This document shows positions 24,470 to 34,899 of a stretch of 37,296 bases of DNA, piece after piece. The notes below the pieces were generated by a model, which had not been told where the DNA came from, searched no databases, and was given only the letters and a program-made list of their open reading frames with translations. The DNA is from a virus (Duplodnaviria; Caudoviricetes). Both the position numbers and the translations under genes were made by a program. Location of the stretch: positions 1 through 37,296 of IMG/VR virus record IMGVR_UViG_3300006029_000024. One strand, written 5' to 3'. Numbering within the stretch: the stretch's first letter is position 1; the number at the start of each line of letters is the position of its first letter.

Positions 24470-25186
24470 ATGGCAACATACACAGCCGGCGAACAAATTA
24501 ATGCAGCATTGCGCTTAATTGGCATGTTGGCTGAAGGTGAAGACCCAACGCCGCAAACGTCGCAAGACGCGTTAGCCGCGCTGAATCAGATGATTGATTC
24601 ATGGAACACCGAACGGTTGTCTGTTTTTAATACCCAAGACCAAGTGTTTACTTGGCTTGCCGGCACGTTGACACAAACTGTTGGCCCTACAGGCACGTTT
24701 GTGGGCAACCGCCCTGTAGCGATTGATGACGCTACTTATTACAAAGACCCAGGCACTGGCGTATCTTTTGGCATTAAGTTCATCAATCAGCAGCAATATG
24801 ACGGTATTGCGGTTAAAACCGTAACGTCCACCTACCCGCAAGTCTGTTGGGTAAACATGGAATACCCGAACATTACGATGACGGTATATCCACGCCCTAC
24901 GCGGGACTTGGAATGGCACATTATTTCGGTTCAAGAGTTAGATAAACCAGCAAATCTTTCTACAGAAATTCTGTTCCCACCAGGTTATTTGCGTGCGTTT
25001 AAGTACAATCTGGCTTGTGAAATTGCTGCTGAATTTGGCGTAGAACCATCGCCAACAGTGCAACGCATTGCAATGACAAGTAAACGTAACCTTAAACGCA
25101 TCAATAATCCTGATGACGTTATGTCGATGCCTTACGCGATTGTTGCAACGCGTCAACGCTTTAATGTTTACGCGGGTAATTTTTAA
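24470..25186 (+). CDS. Head-tail adaptor (P22 gp4-like with beta insertion)
   Basis: TAG..I..ALR.IG.LAEGE, AL.ALN.MIDSW, PPGY.RA..YNLA.E.A.EFG; gene position. Confidence 0.75.
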   Translation: MATYTAGEQINAALRLIGMLAEGEDPTPQTSQDALAALNQMIDSWNTERLSVFNTQDQVFTWLAGTLTQTVGPTGTFVGNRPVAIDDATYYKDPGTGVSFGIKFINQQQYDGIAVKTVTSTYPQVCWVNMEYPNITMTVYPRPTRDLEWHIISVQELDKPANLSTEILFPPGYLRAFKYNLACEIAAEFGVEPSPTVQRIAMTSKRNLKRINNPDDVMSMPYAIVATRQRFNVYAGNF

Positions 25187-25189
25187 CTA

Positions 25190-25684
25190 CTAAATAGTGC
25201 AAGCACTATGGTATTTACGTTTTCCAGCCAAATAAGCTTGGTGAGCTTTTTCCGGCGTTAAATAATCACCAAGCCATTTGGATTTGCCGTTAACTGACAT
25301 GCTTGCGCGCCATTTATTTTGAAACCATATAACGCCCATAAAACCGGATTTATTTCGTTTATTTGGTTTCTTAATATTTTGAGAATTACCTTCTGCGGTT
25401 ACATTTCTAAGATTAGCTATGCAATTGTCCGCTTTTTTGCAATTGATATGGTCAATCAAACCGGTAGGCCAAACGCCATGCACGTAAAACCACGCCAATC
25501 TGTGCGCTTTGTACACTTTACCGTTGATACCAATTGTAACGTAGCCAATTCTTTTTTCAATGCAGCCTGCAATAGTACCGGCTTTAACAGCTTTGCTTCT
25601 ATTTGTTTTCCATATAAAAATTCCCGTATTTCGGTTATAGTCCAGAATTGCGTGCAGGTATTCAATCGTAAGTTCAAGTGCCAT
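25190..25684 (-). CDS. Free-standing HNH homing endonuclease with AP2-like C-terminal domain
   Basis: YKAHRLAW, IDHIN....DN.IANLR, N..N, NKSGFMGV, KWRA, LG.Y.TPE.A..AY; RBS TAAGGAG. Confidence 0.92.
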   Translation of the reverse strand: MALELTIEYLHAILDYNRNTGIFIWKTNRSKAVKAGTIAGCIEKRIGYVTIGINGKVYKAHRLAWFYVHGVWPTGLIDHINCKKADNCIANLRNVTAEGNSQNIKKPNKRNKSGFMGVIWFQNKWRASMSVNGKSKWLGDYLTPEKAHQAYLAGKRKYHSACTI

Positions 25685-25734
25685 TTAAGCTCCTTAGTAA
25701 TGAGCTTGAATATTAACACAGAAACTATTAAATA

Positions 25735-27162
25735 ATGCAAACGCCTATTCTCGGTCAATCATACGTTGCCCGTAGCGTTAACGCTGCGGATAACCGTATG
25801 GTTAATCTGTTTCCGGAAGCTACGCCAGAAGGCCAAACAGCCGGTTTTCTTAATCGTGCGCCTGGGTTGCGTAAGCTGGCAACCGTGGGTACTGGCCCTA
25901 TTCGTGGGCTGTGGACGTTCGGCGGTTACGGTTACGTTGTGTCTGGTAGCAGGCTATATAAGCTAGACACAAGCTGGAACGCTACGCCACTAGGCGTTAT
26001 TAGCGGTTCTGGCCCCGTGTCAATGGCTGACAATGGCACGCAATTGTTTGTTGCGGCTAATCCTGCGGGCTACATTTATAACGCCAGCACAGACGTATTT
26101 CAACAAATTAACGATCCAGATTTTGCCGGCGCCGTTATGGTGGGCTATCTGGATGGTTATTTTGTATTTCAGCAGCCCAATTCACAAATCTTTTGGACTA
26201 CCAAGCTGTTAGATGGTACGTCAGTCGATCCACTGGATTTTGCCAGCGCCGAAGGTTCGCCTGACGGTTTAATGTCGTTATTTGTTGACCATTTGGAAGT
26301 GTGGCTGTTTGGTACACAAACTGTTGAAGTTTGGTACGACGCGGCTAACGTAGGCTTTCCATTTTCGCGTATTCAAGGCGCGGTTAATGAGTTTGGTTGC
26401 GCTGCAACATACTCGCCTGCCAAACTGGACAATTCGTTATTCTGGCTTGGATCAGACGCCCGTGGGCATGGCATTGTGTATCGTGCTAACGGCTACATCG
26501 GCCAGCGTGTGTCTACGCACGCGGTTGAGTACGCTATTCAAAGTTACGACGTTATTAGCGACGCGATTGGCTTTTCGTACCAGCAGGATGGCCATTCGTT
26601 CTATGTGCTGATATTTCCTAGCGCCAATGCAACTTGGGTGTACGACGTTGCCACACAAGCTTGGCATGAACGTGCCGGCTTTGCTAATGGTCAATTGATT
26701 CGCCATCGAGCTAACTGCCAGATGTTTTTTAACGAAGAAATTGTTGTTGGCGACTTTCAAAACGGCAAAATCTATGCGTATGATTTAAATGTGTATGCTG
26801 ACGATACGCAGCCACAGAAATGGGTTCGATCATGGCGCGCACTGCCAACCGGCCAAAATAACCTCAAACGCACTGCGCAGCATACGCTGCAACTTGATTG
26901 CGAGACGGGTGTAGGCTTGAACGATGGTCAAGGCAACACGCCGCAAGTTATGCTTCGCTGGTCAGATGATGGCGGTCATACTTGGTCAAACGAACATTGG
27001 GCGTCTATGGGCAAGATTGGCGGGTATTTCACGCGTACATTTTGGCGCCGGCTTGGCATGACGATTAAACTGCGTGACCGCGTGTATGAAGTGTCTGGCA
27101 CTGATCCGGTTAAGATTGCGATTACAGGCGCAGAACTTGTTTTGACGCCTACTAATGGCTGA
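25735..27162 (+). CDS. Packaged-DNA stabilisation/tail hub protein (P22 gp10-like)
   Basis: VNLFPE, PGL, GPIRG, DGYFVF, SAEGSPD, WVYD..T..WHER, LRWSDDGGHTWS. Confidence 0.9.
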   Translation: MQTPILGQSYVARSVNAADNRMVNLFPEATPEGQTAGFLNRAPGLRKLATVGTGPIRGLWTFGGYGYVVSGSRLYKLDTSWNATPLGVISGSGPVSMADNGTQLFVAANPAGYIYNASTDVFQQINDPDFAGAVMVGYLDGYFVFQQPNSQIFWTTKLLDGTSVDPLDFASAEGSPDGLMSLFVDHLEVWLFGTQTVEVWYDAANVGFPFSRIQGAVNEFGCAATYSPAKLDNSLFWLGSDARGHGIVYRANGYIGQRVSTHAVEYAIQSYDVISDAIGFSYQQDGHSFYVLIFPSANATWVYDVATQAWHERAGFANGQLIRHRANCQMFFNEEIVVGDFQNGKIYAYDLNVYADDTQPQKWVRSWRALPTGQNNLKRTAQHTLQLDCETGVGLNDGQGNTPQVMLRWSDDGGHTWSNEHWASMGKIGGYFTRTFWRRLGMTIKLRDRVYEVSGTDPVKIAITGAELVLTPTNG

Positions 27163-28597
27163 TAACCTTAAAATTCCTGCCGATCGGGTTGCGTTACTTG
27201 ATCCTAAAACTAACGCGGTAACGCGTCAGTGGTATCGCTATTTTCAAGATTTGCAAAACATCGGCGGTGGTGGCGGCACAGGCACAGTTACGTCTATCAA
27301 TGTATCCGGCGGCACAACGGGTCTGACAACCAGCGGTGGGCCAGTTACAACAAGCGGCACGATTACGTTTGCTGGTACGCTAAACGTTCTTAATGGCGGC
27401 ACAGGCGCTACAACAGCGTCAGGCGCACGCACAAACTTAGGTTTAGTGATTGGCGTCGATGTGCCTAGTCCGACAGGCACAGGCGCGTCAGGCTCATGGA
27501 GTATCAATGCGGCTACAGTCACTAATGGCGTTTACACGACGGGCAGTTATGCTGACCCTACTTGGATTACAAGCCTTGCTGGTTCTAAAGTTACTGGCGC
27601 CATATCTGGTCAAGCTGGCAGCGTAGCAAATGCGCTGACCGCTGGCTCAGGCATTTCGTACAGTTCCGGCACAACGTATGATGGCTCAGCAGCCATTACA
27701 ATTACTAATTCGGCGCCAGATCAGGTTGTATCGTTAACCGGCGCCGGCACGACTACGATTAGCGGTACGTATCCTAGCTTTACAATCACATCCACGGATG
27801 CGTTTACGGGTACGGTTACAGCAGTTACTGGAACTGCGCCGGTTATATCGTCCGGCGGTACAACACCGGCTATTAGTATGCCAGCGGCCACAACGTCGGT
27901 TAGCGGTTATTTGACCAACACTGATTGGAACACGTTTAACAATAAGCAACCGGCTTTTGGTTCACAAACGGCTAACTTCTTTTATGCAGCGCCAAATGGT
28001 TCTGCCGGCGTGCCATCGTTCCGCGCAATTGTTGCGGCTGACATTCCTACGCTTAACCAAAACACAACCGGCACAGCATCAAATATTACCGGCGTGGTAG
28101 CGATTGCCAACGGTGGAACAGGCCAAACTACACAAACGGCTGCGTTTGACGCGTTGTCGCCAACGACGACCAAAGGCGATTTAATCGTATACAACAGCAC
28201 GGATAATGTCCGTCTGGCTGTAGGCGCGGATAATTTAGTATTAACCGCTGACTCAACGCAAGCCACCGGCGTTAAATGGGCTGCTGTTGCGGGTACGGTT
28301 ACTGTATCCAACGATACAACGACTGCCACAAACGAATACCCATTGTTTTCTGCTGCTACGTCAGGCAGCATTACGACGGTCTATACCAGCGATGCGAAGT
28401 ACCTGTACAAGCCTAGCACTGGCGAGTTAACATCGCCTGCACCAATAGCAAGTAACGGCATATTTGTAAATAGCCAAACAGTAGCAACCAGCTATACAAT
28501 AGCGGCAGGTAATTCAGGTATGTCGGCAGGGCCGATTACGATCAATTCAGGCGTGACCGTGACGTTAGCGTCTGGCGCAAGATGGGCGGTAATATGA
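27155..28597 (+). CDS. Tail fibre/needle protein
   Basis: G/T/S-rich, GTVTS.. and NGGTG repeats, TTKGDL, C-terminal SAGPITI..GVTVT...GARW. Confidence 0.8.
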   Translation: MADNLKIPADRVALLDPKTNAVTRQWYRYFQDLQNIGGGGGTGTVTSINVSGGTTGLTTSGGPVTTSGTITFAGTLNVLNGGTGATTASGARTNLGLVIGVDVPSPTGTGASGSWSINAATVTNGVYTTGSYADPTWITSLAGSKVTGAISGQAGSVANALTAGSGISYSSGTTYDGSAAITITNSAPDQVVSLTGAGTTTISGTYPSFTITSTDAFTGTVTAVTGTAPVISSGGTTPAISMPAATTSVSGYLTNTDWNTFNNKQPAFGSQTANFFYAAPNGSAGVPSFRAIVAADIPTLNQNTTGTASNITGVVAIANGGTGQTTQTAAFDALSPTTTKGDLIVYNSTDNVRLAVGADNLVLTADSTQATGVKWAAVAGTVTVSNDTTTATNEYPLFSAATSGSITTVYTSDAKYLYKPSTGELTSPAPIASNGIFVNSQTVATSYTIAAGNSGMSAGPITINSGVTVTLASGARWAVI

Positions 28598-28938
28598 TTA
28601 GCCATTATTTTAGCTCTGGCTTGTACACAAAAGAAACTAAAATTCCTGCGCATCATGTGCTGGTTCAGCACGCGCACAAGCACGATCATTTTTCCATTCT
28701 TGCGCAAGGTTCAGTCGAATTAATCGTTGATGGCGTTAAATCTATTGTTACTGCACCCGCTTGTTTGACGATTGAGGCAGGTAAGCACCATGGCATTAAA
28801 ACTTTGACCGATGTGGTTTGGTACTGCATACACGCTACAGATTGCATTGATGAAAACGAAATTGACGCTGTATTAGTACAGCCTACAGACATGAGCGTAG
28901 CCAATGCTATCGCGCAAGAATTAGTTAAGGAGCATTGA
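28594..28938 (+). CDS. Cupin-fold protein
   Basis: HYFS.GLY.KE..IPA, QH.HKHDH.SIL..G, H.I, W.CIHAT; start set at ATG 28594 (ATGA overlap). Confidence 0.8.
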   Translation: MISHYFSSGLYTKETKIPAHHVLVQHAHKHDHFSILAQGSVELIVDGVKSIVTAPACLTIEAGKHHGIKTLTDVVWYCIHATDCIDENEIDAVLVQPTDMSVANAIAQELVKEH

Positions 28939-28939
28939 T

Positions 28940-29668
28940 ATGCCTTGGATGATGGCAGCGGCAGTAGTAGGTTCTTCACTTATTGGTTCTAGCCAACAAG
29001 CTGGCGCAGCAAAAGATGCCGCTAATACAACGGCAGCAGCGACAAACAGAGCAACTGCACTGCAAGAAAAGATGTACAACGAAGGCGTGCAGCGTCAGCA
29101 ACCGTTTTACAACGCTGGCGTTAACGCATTAGGCCAGTATGTACAAGGCGTGCAGCCTGGCGGCGCGTTGACGCGTGGTTTTACAATGGCTGATTACCAA
29201 GCCGACCCAGGCTACGCGTTTCGGCTAAGCGAAGGTTTGAAAGGTCTAGAACAGACTGCGGCAGCTAGAGGGGGTTTGCTGTCCGGTAACGCATTGCGCG
29301 GCGCGCAGCGATTTGGGCAAGACCTTGCATCGCAAGAGTACACAAACGCGTATAACCGCTACACAGGTGAGCAAGCAACGCAACGTAACGCGTTAGCTGG
29401 ATTAGCCGGCCAAGGTCAAACTACCGCAAATACAATTGGTAATTCGGGCGCTGCGTATGGTCAAAATGTTGGCAATATGATGGTTAACCAAGGTGTAAAT
29501 CAAGCCAATGCGGGCTTAGTCGGCGCTAACGCAAACGCTTCCGCTTATCGCAATATTGGCAGTTATTTAGGTAGCCAAAATTATGGCAGTATGTTTGGCG
29601 GCAATAGCGGCGGTGCAGGTACTGCGGAAAATAATTGGTCAGGCCAGTTGGCGAATCCATACAAATAG
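28940..29668 (+). CDS. DNA ejection protein (P22 gp7-like)
   Basis: Hydrophobic N-terminus, QPF..AG..AL, DPGY.FRL.EG, AAARGGLLSG. Confidence 0.8.
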   Translation: MPWMMAAAVVGSSLIGSSQQAGAAKDAANTTAAATNRATALQEKMYNEGVQRQQPFYNAGVNALGQYVQGVQPGGALTRGFTMADYQADPGYAFRLSEGLKGLEQTAAARGGLLSGNALRGAQRFGQDLASQEYTNAYNRYTGEQATQRNALAGLAGQGQTTANTIGNSGAAYGQNVGNMMVNQGVNQANAGLVGANANASAYRNIGSYLGSQNYGSMFGGNSGGAGTAENNWSGQLANPYK

Positions 29669-29676
29669 GCACAAAC

Positions 29677-31209
29677 ATGGCTGAAATTAATTTTGGTTTA
29701 CTAACGCCGCAAACTGGCCCGACAGAATACGAGCAAATGCAAGCGCGTACCGCGCAGAATCAGCTTGTACAACAGCAGCTTGCGCAATCCCGTCAAGCCA
29801 CGCAATTAGGCGCGGCGCAATTGCAAAAGCTGGTTGAAGCCGATCAGCGAGTTAAGCAGTTCGCGGAAAAGATGCGCCAAACAGGTGGCCCCGAAGATTG
29901 GCGCGGTATTGCTAAAGCCATGTTTGATTCGGGTGACCCTGAGCAAATTAAACGTGCGCAAGAAATGATCGAGGACCATAAAGCATCTGCACGGCTTAAC
30001 CAAGCATTTGGTTTAGGTGAACCTGAAGCACCACCAGCGCAGGCGCAGCAAATGCAAGCGCCAGCAGCGCCTGTAGACCAAAATGTGCCGTCAAACGACA
30101 GATTACGGGAATACACCGCGCAAATTGGAAATTTAGAAAATCCAGAAGCAAAAGACATGGAGTGGGTGCTTAACGCGCAACAACGCGTTAATAATTTAGC
30201 GCCTGCGCAAACTGTTTCTGTTAACACGCTTGGCGAAAAAATAATGCCTGCGGTTGAGAAAAAGTCTAAGCCATTACCTATGCTGCCTACGGTGGAGCAA
30301 GGTTTGCTAATGGCAGGTTCGCAAAATAAAGGCGAAGCTGAAACAGGCAAACGTATTGTTGACTACTACGAAAAACAACCTGAATTATTGAAACTGCAAG
30401 CGCAACAAAATCGTTTGCTGCAAATGGCCGACACGCCGCAAAGCCAAAAACTAATTGAAGCTATGCCTGAGTATCGAGACATTACAGCTCAAATTAAAAA
30501 AATCACGACGCACGCAGCACCAATTCAAATTAATACCGGCCAGCAATTAGAAAAAGCTGAGTCCGTTCAAAAAGGCGCGTCAAACATTAAGCTTTTGGAC
30601 GAAGTGTCAAATGATGCGCGTTCTAGCGCTAAATTGCTGCCGGCGATTGACGTAGCCGAACGCATCATGAACAAAGGTTTTGAAACTGGTTTTGGCACAG
30701 ATGCTAAAGTTGCTGGCGCGCGTTTGCTATCCGCTTTCGGTGTCCCCGAAGCAACTAAATACGCTTCCGACGCGGCTACAATGCAAGCTATGCTGACGCA
30801 AACAGTGCTGCAACGTCAGCTTGAACAAAAAGGCGTAGCAACAGAAGGCGACGCGCAACGTATCGCTGACACGTCAGCTAAGCTAAGCAATCCAGTAGAC
30901 GCCAATAAGTATATTCTTTCGGTCGCTCGCGCTACTATTCAGCGTGATCAGGAGAAAAAAGACTTTTTCCAAAAATGGTGGAATACCAATAAAACAGTTG
31001 AAGGCGCCGAACAAGCATGGGACGCTGGTCCGGCTAATAAGTCTATCTTTACTTATCCGGCGCTCAAAGCATACGCACCTGCTACTAAACCTACTGCCGG
31101 CCCTAAAACGCCAATCGCTACGGCGCAAGATAAAGCAGCTTTAGATTGGGCAAATGCAAACCCCAATGATCCACGCGCAGCACAAATTAAGTCACGTTTA
31201 GGACAATAA
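29677..31209 (+). CDS. DNA ejection protein (P22 gp20-like position)
   Basis: Q/A-rich helical protein, QKG.ATEGDA; start set at ATG 29677. Confidence 0.65.
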   Translation: MAEINFGLLTPQTGPTEYEQMQARTAQNQLVQQQLAQSRQATQLGAAQLQKLVEADQRVKQFAEKMRQTGGPEDWRGIAKAMFDSGDPEQIKRAQEMIEDHKASARLNQAFGLGEPEAPPAQAQQMQAPAAPVDQNVPSNDRLREYTAQIGNLENPEAKDMEWVLNAQQRVNNLAPAQTVSVNTLGEKIMPAVEKKSKPLPMLPTVEQGLLMAGSQNKGEAETGKRIVDYYEKQPELLKLQAQQNRLLQMADTPQSQKLIEAMPEYRDITAQIKKITTHAAPIQINTGQQLEKAESVQKGASNIKLLDEVSNDARSSAKLLPAIDVAERIMNKGFETGFGTDAKVAGARLLSAFGVPEATKYASDAATMQAMLTQTVLQRQLEQKGVATEGDAQRIADTSAKLSNPVDANKYILSVARATIQRDQEKKDFFQKWWNTNKTVEGAEQAWDAGPANKSIFTYPALKAYAPATKPTAGPKTPIATAQDKAALDWANANPNDPRAAQIKSRLGQ

Positions 31210-31210
31210 C

Positions 31211-32875
31211 ATGGCGGCACAATTTGATCCGGACGCATACTTAGCTCAACCGCCGGCATTTAATCCGGACGCTTATTTGGCGTCTGGCGGCGGTGTGCCT
31301 ACTGGCCGTCGTTCTTACGCCGCGTCGGAAGTGCCGGCTGCTGCGTTGTCTAATTTAGGTGGCAGTGCTAAGCGCGCTGCGCAAGGGTTAGGCGAAACAA
31401 TTATGCACCCGCTAGATACGCTTGAAACAATGCGTCAAGCGGTAGGCGGCGGCGCGTATAATTTACTGCCAGAAGATGCGCAAAAGTTTGTCATGGGCAT
31501 TTCTAACGATCCAGAAAGACTTAAAAAGTCTATTGCTACAGCAAATGCTATCGGCGGTGTGTATAAAGACCGTTACGGTGACTGGGAAGCCATTAAACGC
31601 ACAATTGCTGAAGACCCTATTGGCGCGGCAACTGATCTTTCGACTATTTTAACTGGCGGCGGCGCGGCAGCGACTAAACTAGGCGCAGTCAAAACTGGCG
31701 CTGCGTTGGGGAAAGCGGCTGAGTTTACCAATCCTGTATCGGCAATTACTAAGCCGGCCAACATGATGGTTGAAGCGCGTCAAGCAGGGTTAAACAAACA
31801 GCAACAGTTAAACGCCGTTCGTGATCAAACTTTGGCCGCAGGTCAACAAGCTGGCTATGTAGTAACGCCTGGTTCAATATCGCCTACTGGCGCCAACATT
31901 ATGTCCGAGCGAATGGCGGGAAAAACGCAATTAGAACAGCTTGCGTCAGTCAAGAATCAAGCCACAACGGACAAATTAGCAAGAAAAGCGGCGGGTATTC
32001 CTGAAACCGCGCCTTTAACTTCCGATACGATGAAACAAATTCGTGCGGAAGAATTTAAAAAAGGTTATGAACCAATTGAACAGTTAGGCCAAATTAAAAC
32101 TGATCCGCGATACATAACTGATCTTAATAACGTAGCGGCTAAATTTAAAGGCCCTAGCGCGTCTTTTCCTGGCGCAGTTCCAGATAGCGTTACAAAGCTA
32201 ATTGACGCGTTTAAACAAGGCGATTTTGCTGCCGGCGACGCGGTTGCGGCTACGCGCATGCTACGTGAGCAAGCCAAAGGTAATTTTGCCAAAGGTGAAA
32301 ATGGTTTAGGCAAAGCACAATTGGCGATATCTGACGCGTTAGAAAATCAAATTGAACGCAGCATTCCTAATCCCGATATGCTGGATCAGTTTAAAGCGTC
32401 GCGTCGTCGCATGGCGATTAGCCACACGATTGAAGATGCCATTCGTCAAGGTACAGGCACTATTGACCCTAAAAAATTAGCGCGTGACATTCAAAAAGGT
32501 AAGTATTTTTCGGGTGAATTAAAAACCGCTGCTGAGTTTTCCAACGCATTTCCTCGCGTTAGCCAATCTAGCGCAAGTATTGGCGCGCCTACAGGATCAG
32601 TTTTGGGTCGCGGCGCGGCGGGTTTAACCGGCGCAGGATTAGGTTATTTATTGGGTGGTACGCCAGGCGCGGCAGCGGGCGTTACATTAGGAACACAATT
32701 TGCACCTGAAGCTGTATCATCTGGCTTACGTAATTATTTGTTGTCTAAAACCGGTCAAGCACGCATTGCACCTAATTACGAGCAGAATTTTTTACTGCGA
32801 AATATTAACGATCAAGCTGCACGTAATGCGATGTTAGCATCGCAAGCAGGGCAACAAAACAAGTTAGGCCGATAA
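31211..32875 (+). CDS. DNA ejection protein (P22 gp16-like position)
   Basis: N-terminal F[DN]PDAYLA duplication; A/G-rich helical body with membrane-like segments. Confidence 0.65.
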   Translation: MAAQFDPDAYLAQPPAFNPDAYLASGGGVPTGRRSYAASEVPAAALSNLGGSAKRAAQGLGETIMHPLDTLETMRQAVGGGAYNLLPEDAQKFVMGISNDPERLKKSIATANAIGGVYKDRYGDWEAIKRTIAEDPIGAATDLSTILTGGGAAATKLGAVKTGAALGKAAEFTNPVSAITKPANMMVEARQAGLNKQQQLNAVRDQTLAAGQQAGYVVTPGSISPTGANIMSERMAGKTQLEQLASVKNQATTDKLARKAAGIPETAPLTSDTMKQIRAEEFKKGYEPIEQLGQIKTDPRYITDLNNVAAKFKGPSASFPGAVPDSVTKLIDAFKQGDFAAGDAVAATRMLREQAKGNFAKGENGLGKAQLAISDALENQIERSIPNPDMLDQFKASRRRMAISHTIEDAIRQGTGTIDPKKLARDIQKGKYFSGELKTAAEFSNAFPRVSQSSASIGAPTGSVLGRGAAGLTGAGLGYLLGGTPGAAAGVTLGTQFAPEAVSSGLRNYLLSKTGQARIAPNYEQNFLLRNINDQAARNAMLASQAGQQNKLGR

Positions 32876-33108
32876 TGGAACCTCAAAACCTTTTCAATCT
32901 TATCTCCGGCGGTATTATGGCCGTTACCGGCTGGTTTGCACGCGAGTTATGGACTGCGGTTAAAGAACTGAAATCCGACTTGTCTAAGCTGCGCGAAGAA
33001 TTACCGAAAGTGTACGTTACCAAAGACGATTTCCGTGAGGACATGCGCGAGATCAAAGACATGCTGAGTAAGATATTCGATAAGCTCGAAAATAAGGCAG
33101 ATAAATAA
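32875..33108 (+). CDS. Small protein with one TM segment and a coiled coil (holin-like/unknown)
   Basis: [15 protein letters not shown] followed by LP..YV.KDDF coiled coil; TAATG overlaps at both ends. Confidence 0.65.
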   Translation: MEPQNLFNLISGGIMAVTGWFARELWTAVKELKSDLSKLREELPKVYVTKDDFREDMREIKDMLSKIFDKLENKADK

Positions 33109-33995
33109 TGGCTTCATTATCACCAACACCACGGCAACAGTTCTTTGATGCGGCAGGCGTTCCGCTAGTCGGCGGTAAGGTTTACACTTACGCTGGCGGC
33201 ACAACGACCCCGATTGCGACGTACACGACGCAAGCCGGTAACGTCAACAACACTAATCCAATTATTCTAGATTCACGCGGCCAAGCTAACATTTGGCTGT
33301 TCCCGTCAATCGCATACAAATACGTTATCACAGACGCTAATGACGTAACGCAGTACACCGTCGATAATATCTTAGTTCCAATCGACAACCTGTCGTTCTC
33401 GTCTCCACCGCCTATGGGCGATGTAGCACCCAATAGTGGCGCGTTTACCACGCTGTCTGCAACGGATAACGTAACCTTTACCGGCTCGGGCGCCACGCAG
33501 TTGCAAGTAGGCTCTACATCTGACCGGCCAACGCCCGTCATTGGTATGATCCGCTACAACAGCGCTTTGGCTGCTTTTGAAGGCTACGGCTCAACTGGTT
33601 GGTCAGCGATTGGCGGCGGTGCTGGCGCAACAGGTGGCGGCACAAACGAACTGGTTATTGAGAATGATCAAACCGTCACCGCCAGCTACACACTTGGCGC
33701 GGGTAAAAATGCTATGTCTACCGGCCCGTTGACTTGGGGTACGCTTTTTTCAGGCACAGGTAGCATTGCGGGTACAATGCTGACCATTGACGCAGTGACA
33801 GTCGGCGCGTTAGCAGTAGGCGAGGTGATTGTTGGCACAGGCATTACTGCCGGTACAACGATAACAGCGTTGCTTACCGGCACAGGCGGCGTAGGTACGT
33901 ATACGGTTAGTGTATCGCAAAACGCAAGCTCTACTACGATTACGGCGCCGATTGTTATTACTGTCCCTACCGGCGCACGCTGGGTAATTTTGTAA
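33108..33995 (+). CDS. Tail fibre/spike with head-binding-type N-terminal domain
   Basis: [32 protein letters not shown]; GMIRYN....FEGY; GATGGG; C-terminal [10 protein letters not shown]. Confidence 0.82.
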   Translation: MASLSPTPRQQFFDAAGVPLVGGKVYTYAGGTTTPIATYTTQAGNVNNTNPIILDSRGQANIWLFPSIAYKYVITDANDVTQYTVDNILVPIDNLSFSSPPPMGDVAPNSGAFTTLSATDNVTFTGSGATQLQVGSTSDRPTPVIGMIRYNSALAAFEGYGSTGWSAIGGGAGATGGGTNELVIENDQTVTASYTLGAGKNAMSTGPLTWGTLFSGTGSIAGTMLTIDAVTVGALAVGEVIVGTGITAGTTITALLTGTGGVGTYTVSVSQNASSTTITAPIVITVPTGARWVIL

Positions 33996-34005
33996 AAGGA
34001 TTATT

Positions 34006-34470
34006 ATGTCATCAACAATTACCGCCGGTAATGCAACAAATGGCTTGGCTATCGCGTCCGATAATACTGGCATATTGCAGCTTAAAACGGGTACGGGCGC
34101 AGGCACAACCGCGCTAACGCTGGATACATCGCAAAATTTACAATTTAACTCCGGTTATGGTTCTGTCGCCACAGCATATGGTTGCCGTGCTTGGGTAAAC
34201 TTTAACGGCACGGGTACGGTAGCTATTCGCGCTTCTGGGAACGTGTCGAGTATCACGGATAATGGCACGGGTAACTACACGGTAAACTTCACAACTGCGA
34301 TGCCGGACGCGAATTATTCTGCGGTTGGTATGTGCAATGACAACAGCAACACAAGTTCAATCATGTACAGAACTGGTGGGCTTTTTTCCACCACTCAGCT
34401 TCAGGTTTCAACAGGTGCGGGTGGAAGCCTTGTAGATAACGCAAATTGTCTCGTCGCCATCTTCCGCTAA
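34006..34470 (+). CDS. Short tail-fibre-associated protein
   Basis: CRAWVNFNG, IR.SGNVSSITDNGTG.YTVNF..AMPD.NY. Confidence 0.75.
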   Translation: MSSTITAGNATNGLAIASDNTGILQLKTGTGAGTTALTLDTSQNLQFNSGYGSVATAYGCRAWVNFNGTGTVAIRASGNVSSITDNGTGNYTVNFTTAMPDANYSAVGMCNDNSNTSSIMYRTGGLFSTTQLQVSTGAGGSLVDNANCLVAIFR

Positions 34471-34507
34471 CCGCATGACTCGGACACTTAATCAGAAAGG
34501 CTAACAA

Positions 34508-34684
34508 ATGAATTCCAGAATAATCTACCCGACTGACGAAGGCGGTGTCGCAGTAATCATTCCTGCTGTCAGTGTTGAACTGGCACTTAAAGACGTACCA
34601 GATGGCAAGCCTTTTGAGATTGTAGACGTAGCAGACATTCCTTCAGATAGAACTTTCCGTGGGGCATGGTCATGGGCATCGTAA
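34508..34684 (+). CDS. Tail assembly chaperone-like protein, 58 aa (not in ORF track)
   Basis: MNSRIIYPTDEGGVAVIIPA...KDVPDGKPFEIVD..DIPSDRTFRGAW; RBS AAAGG. Confidence 0.7.
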   Translation: MNSRIIYPTDEGGVAVIIPAVSVELALKDVPDGKPFEIVDVADIPSDRTFRGAWSWAS

Positions 34685-34899
34685 TTAATCTTGATAAAGC
34701 TAAAGCTATCGGCCACGATATGCGCCGCGCTGCCCGAGCGGAAGAGTTTAAACCTTTGGATGTGAAGGCGACTATTCCTAGCGAAGCCGCTGCCGCTGAA
34801 GCTGCCCGTCAGCTAGTACGTGAAAAGTATGCTGACATTCAAGCTAAGATTGATGCAGCAGCTACGCCAGAAGAAATTAAGGAGGCTGTATGTCGATAG
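34672..34899 (+). CDS. Tail fibre assembly chaperone-like helical protein
   Basis: INLDKAK.I.H..RR.AR..EF..LD ... ID.A.TPEEIK; start is 34666 or 34672. Confidence 0.7.
   Translation: MGIVINLDKAKAIGHDMRRAARAEEFKPLDVKATIPSEAAAAEAARQLVREKYADIQAKIDAAATPEEIKEAVCR

Noticed and set aside
31222-31281. F[DN]PDAYLA duplication as a DNA-level element
   Set aside because: Synonymous differences between the copies indicate a protein-level repeat in the ejection protein
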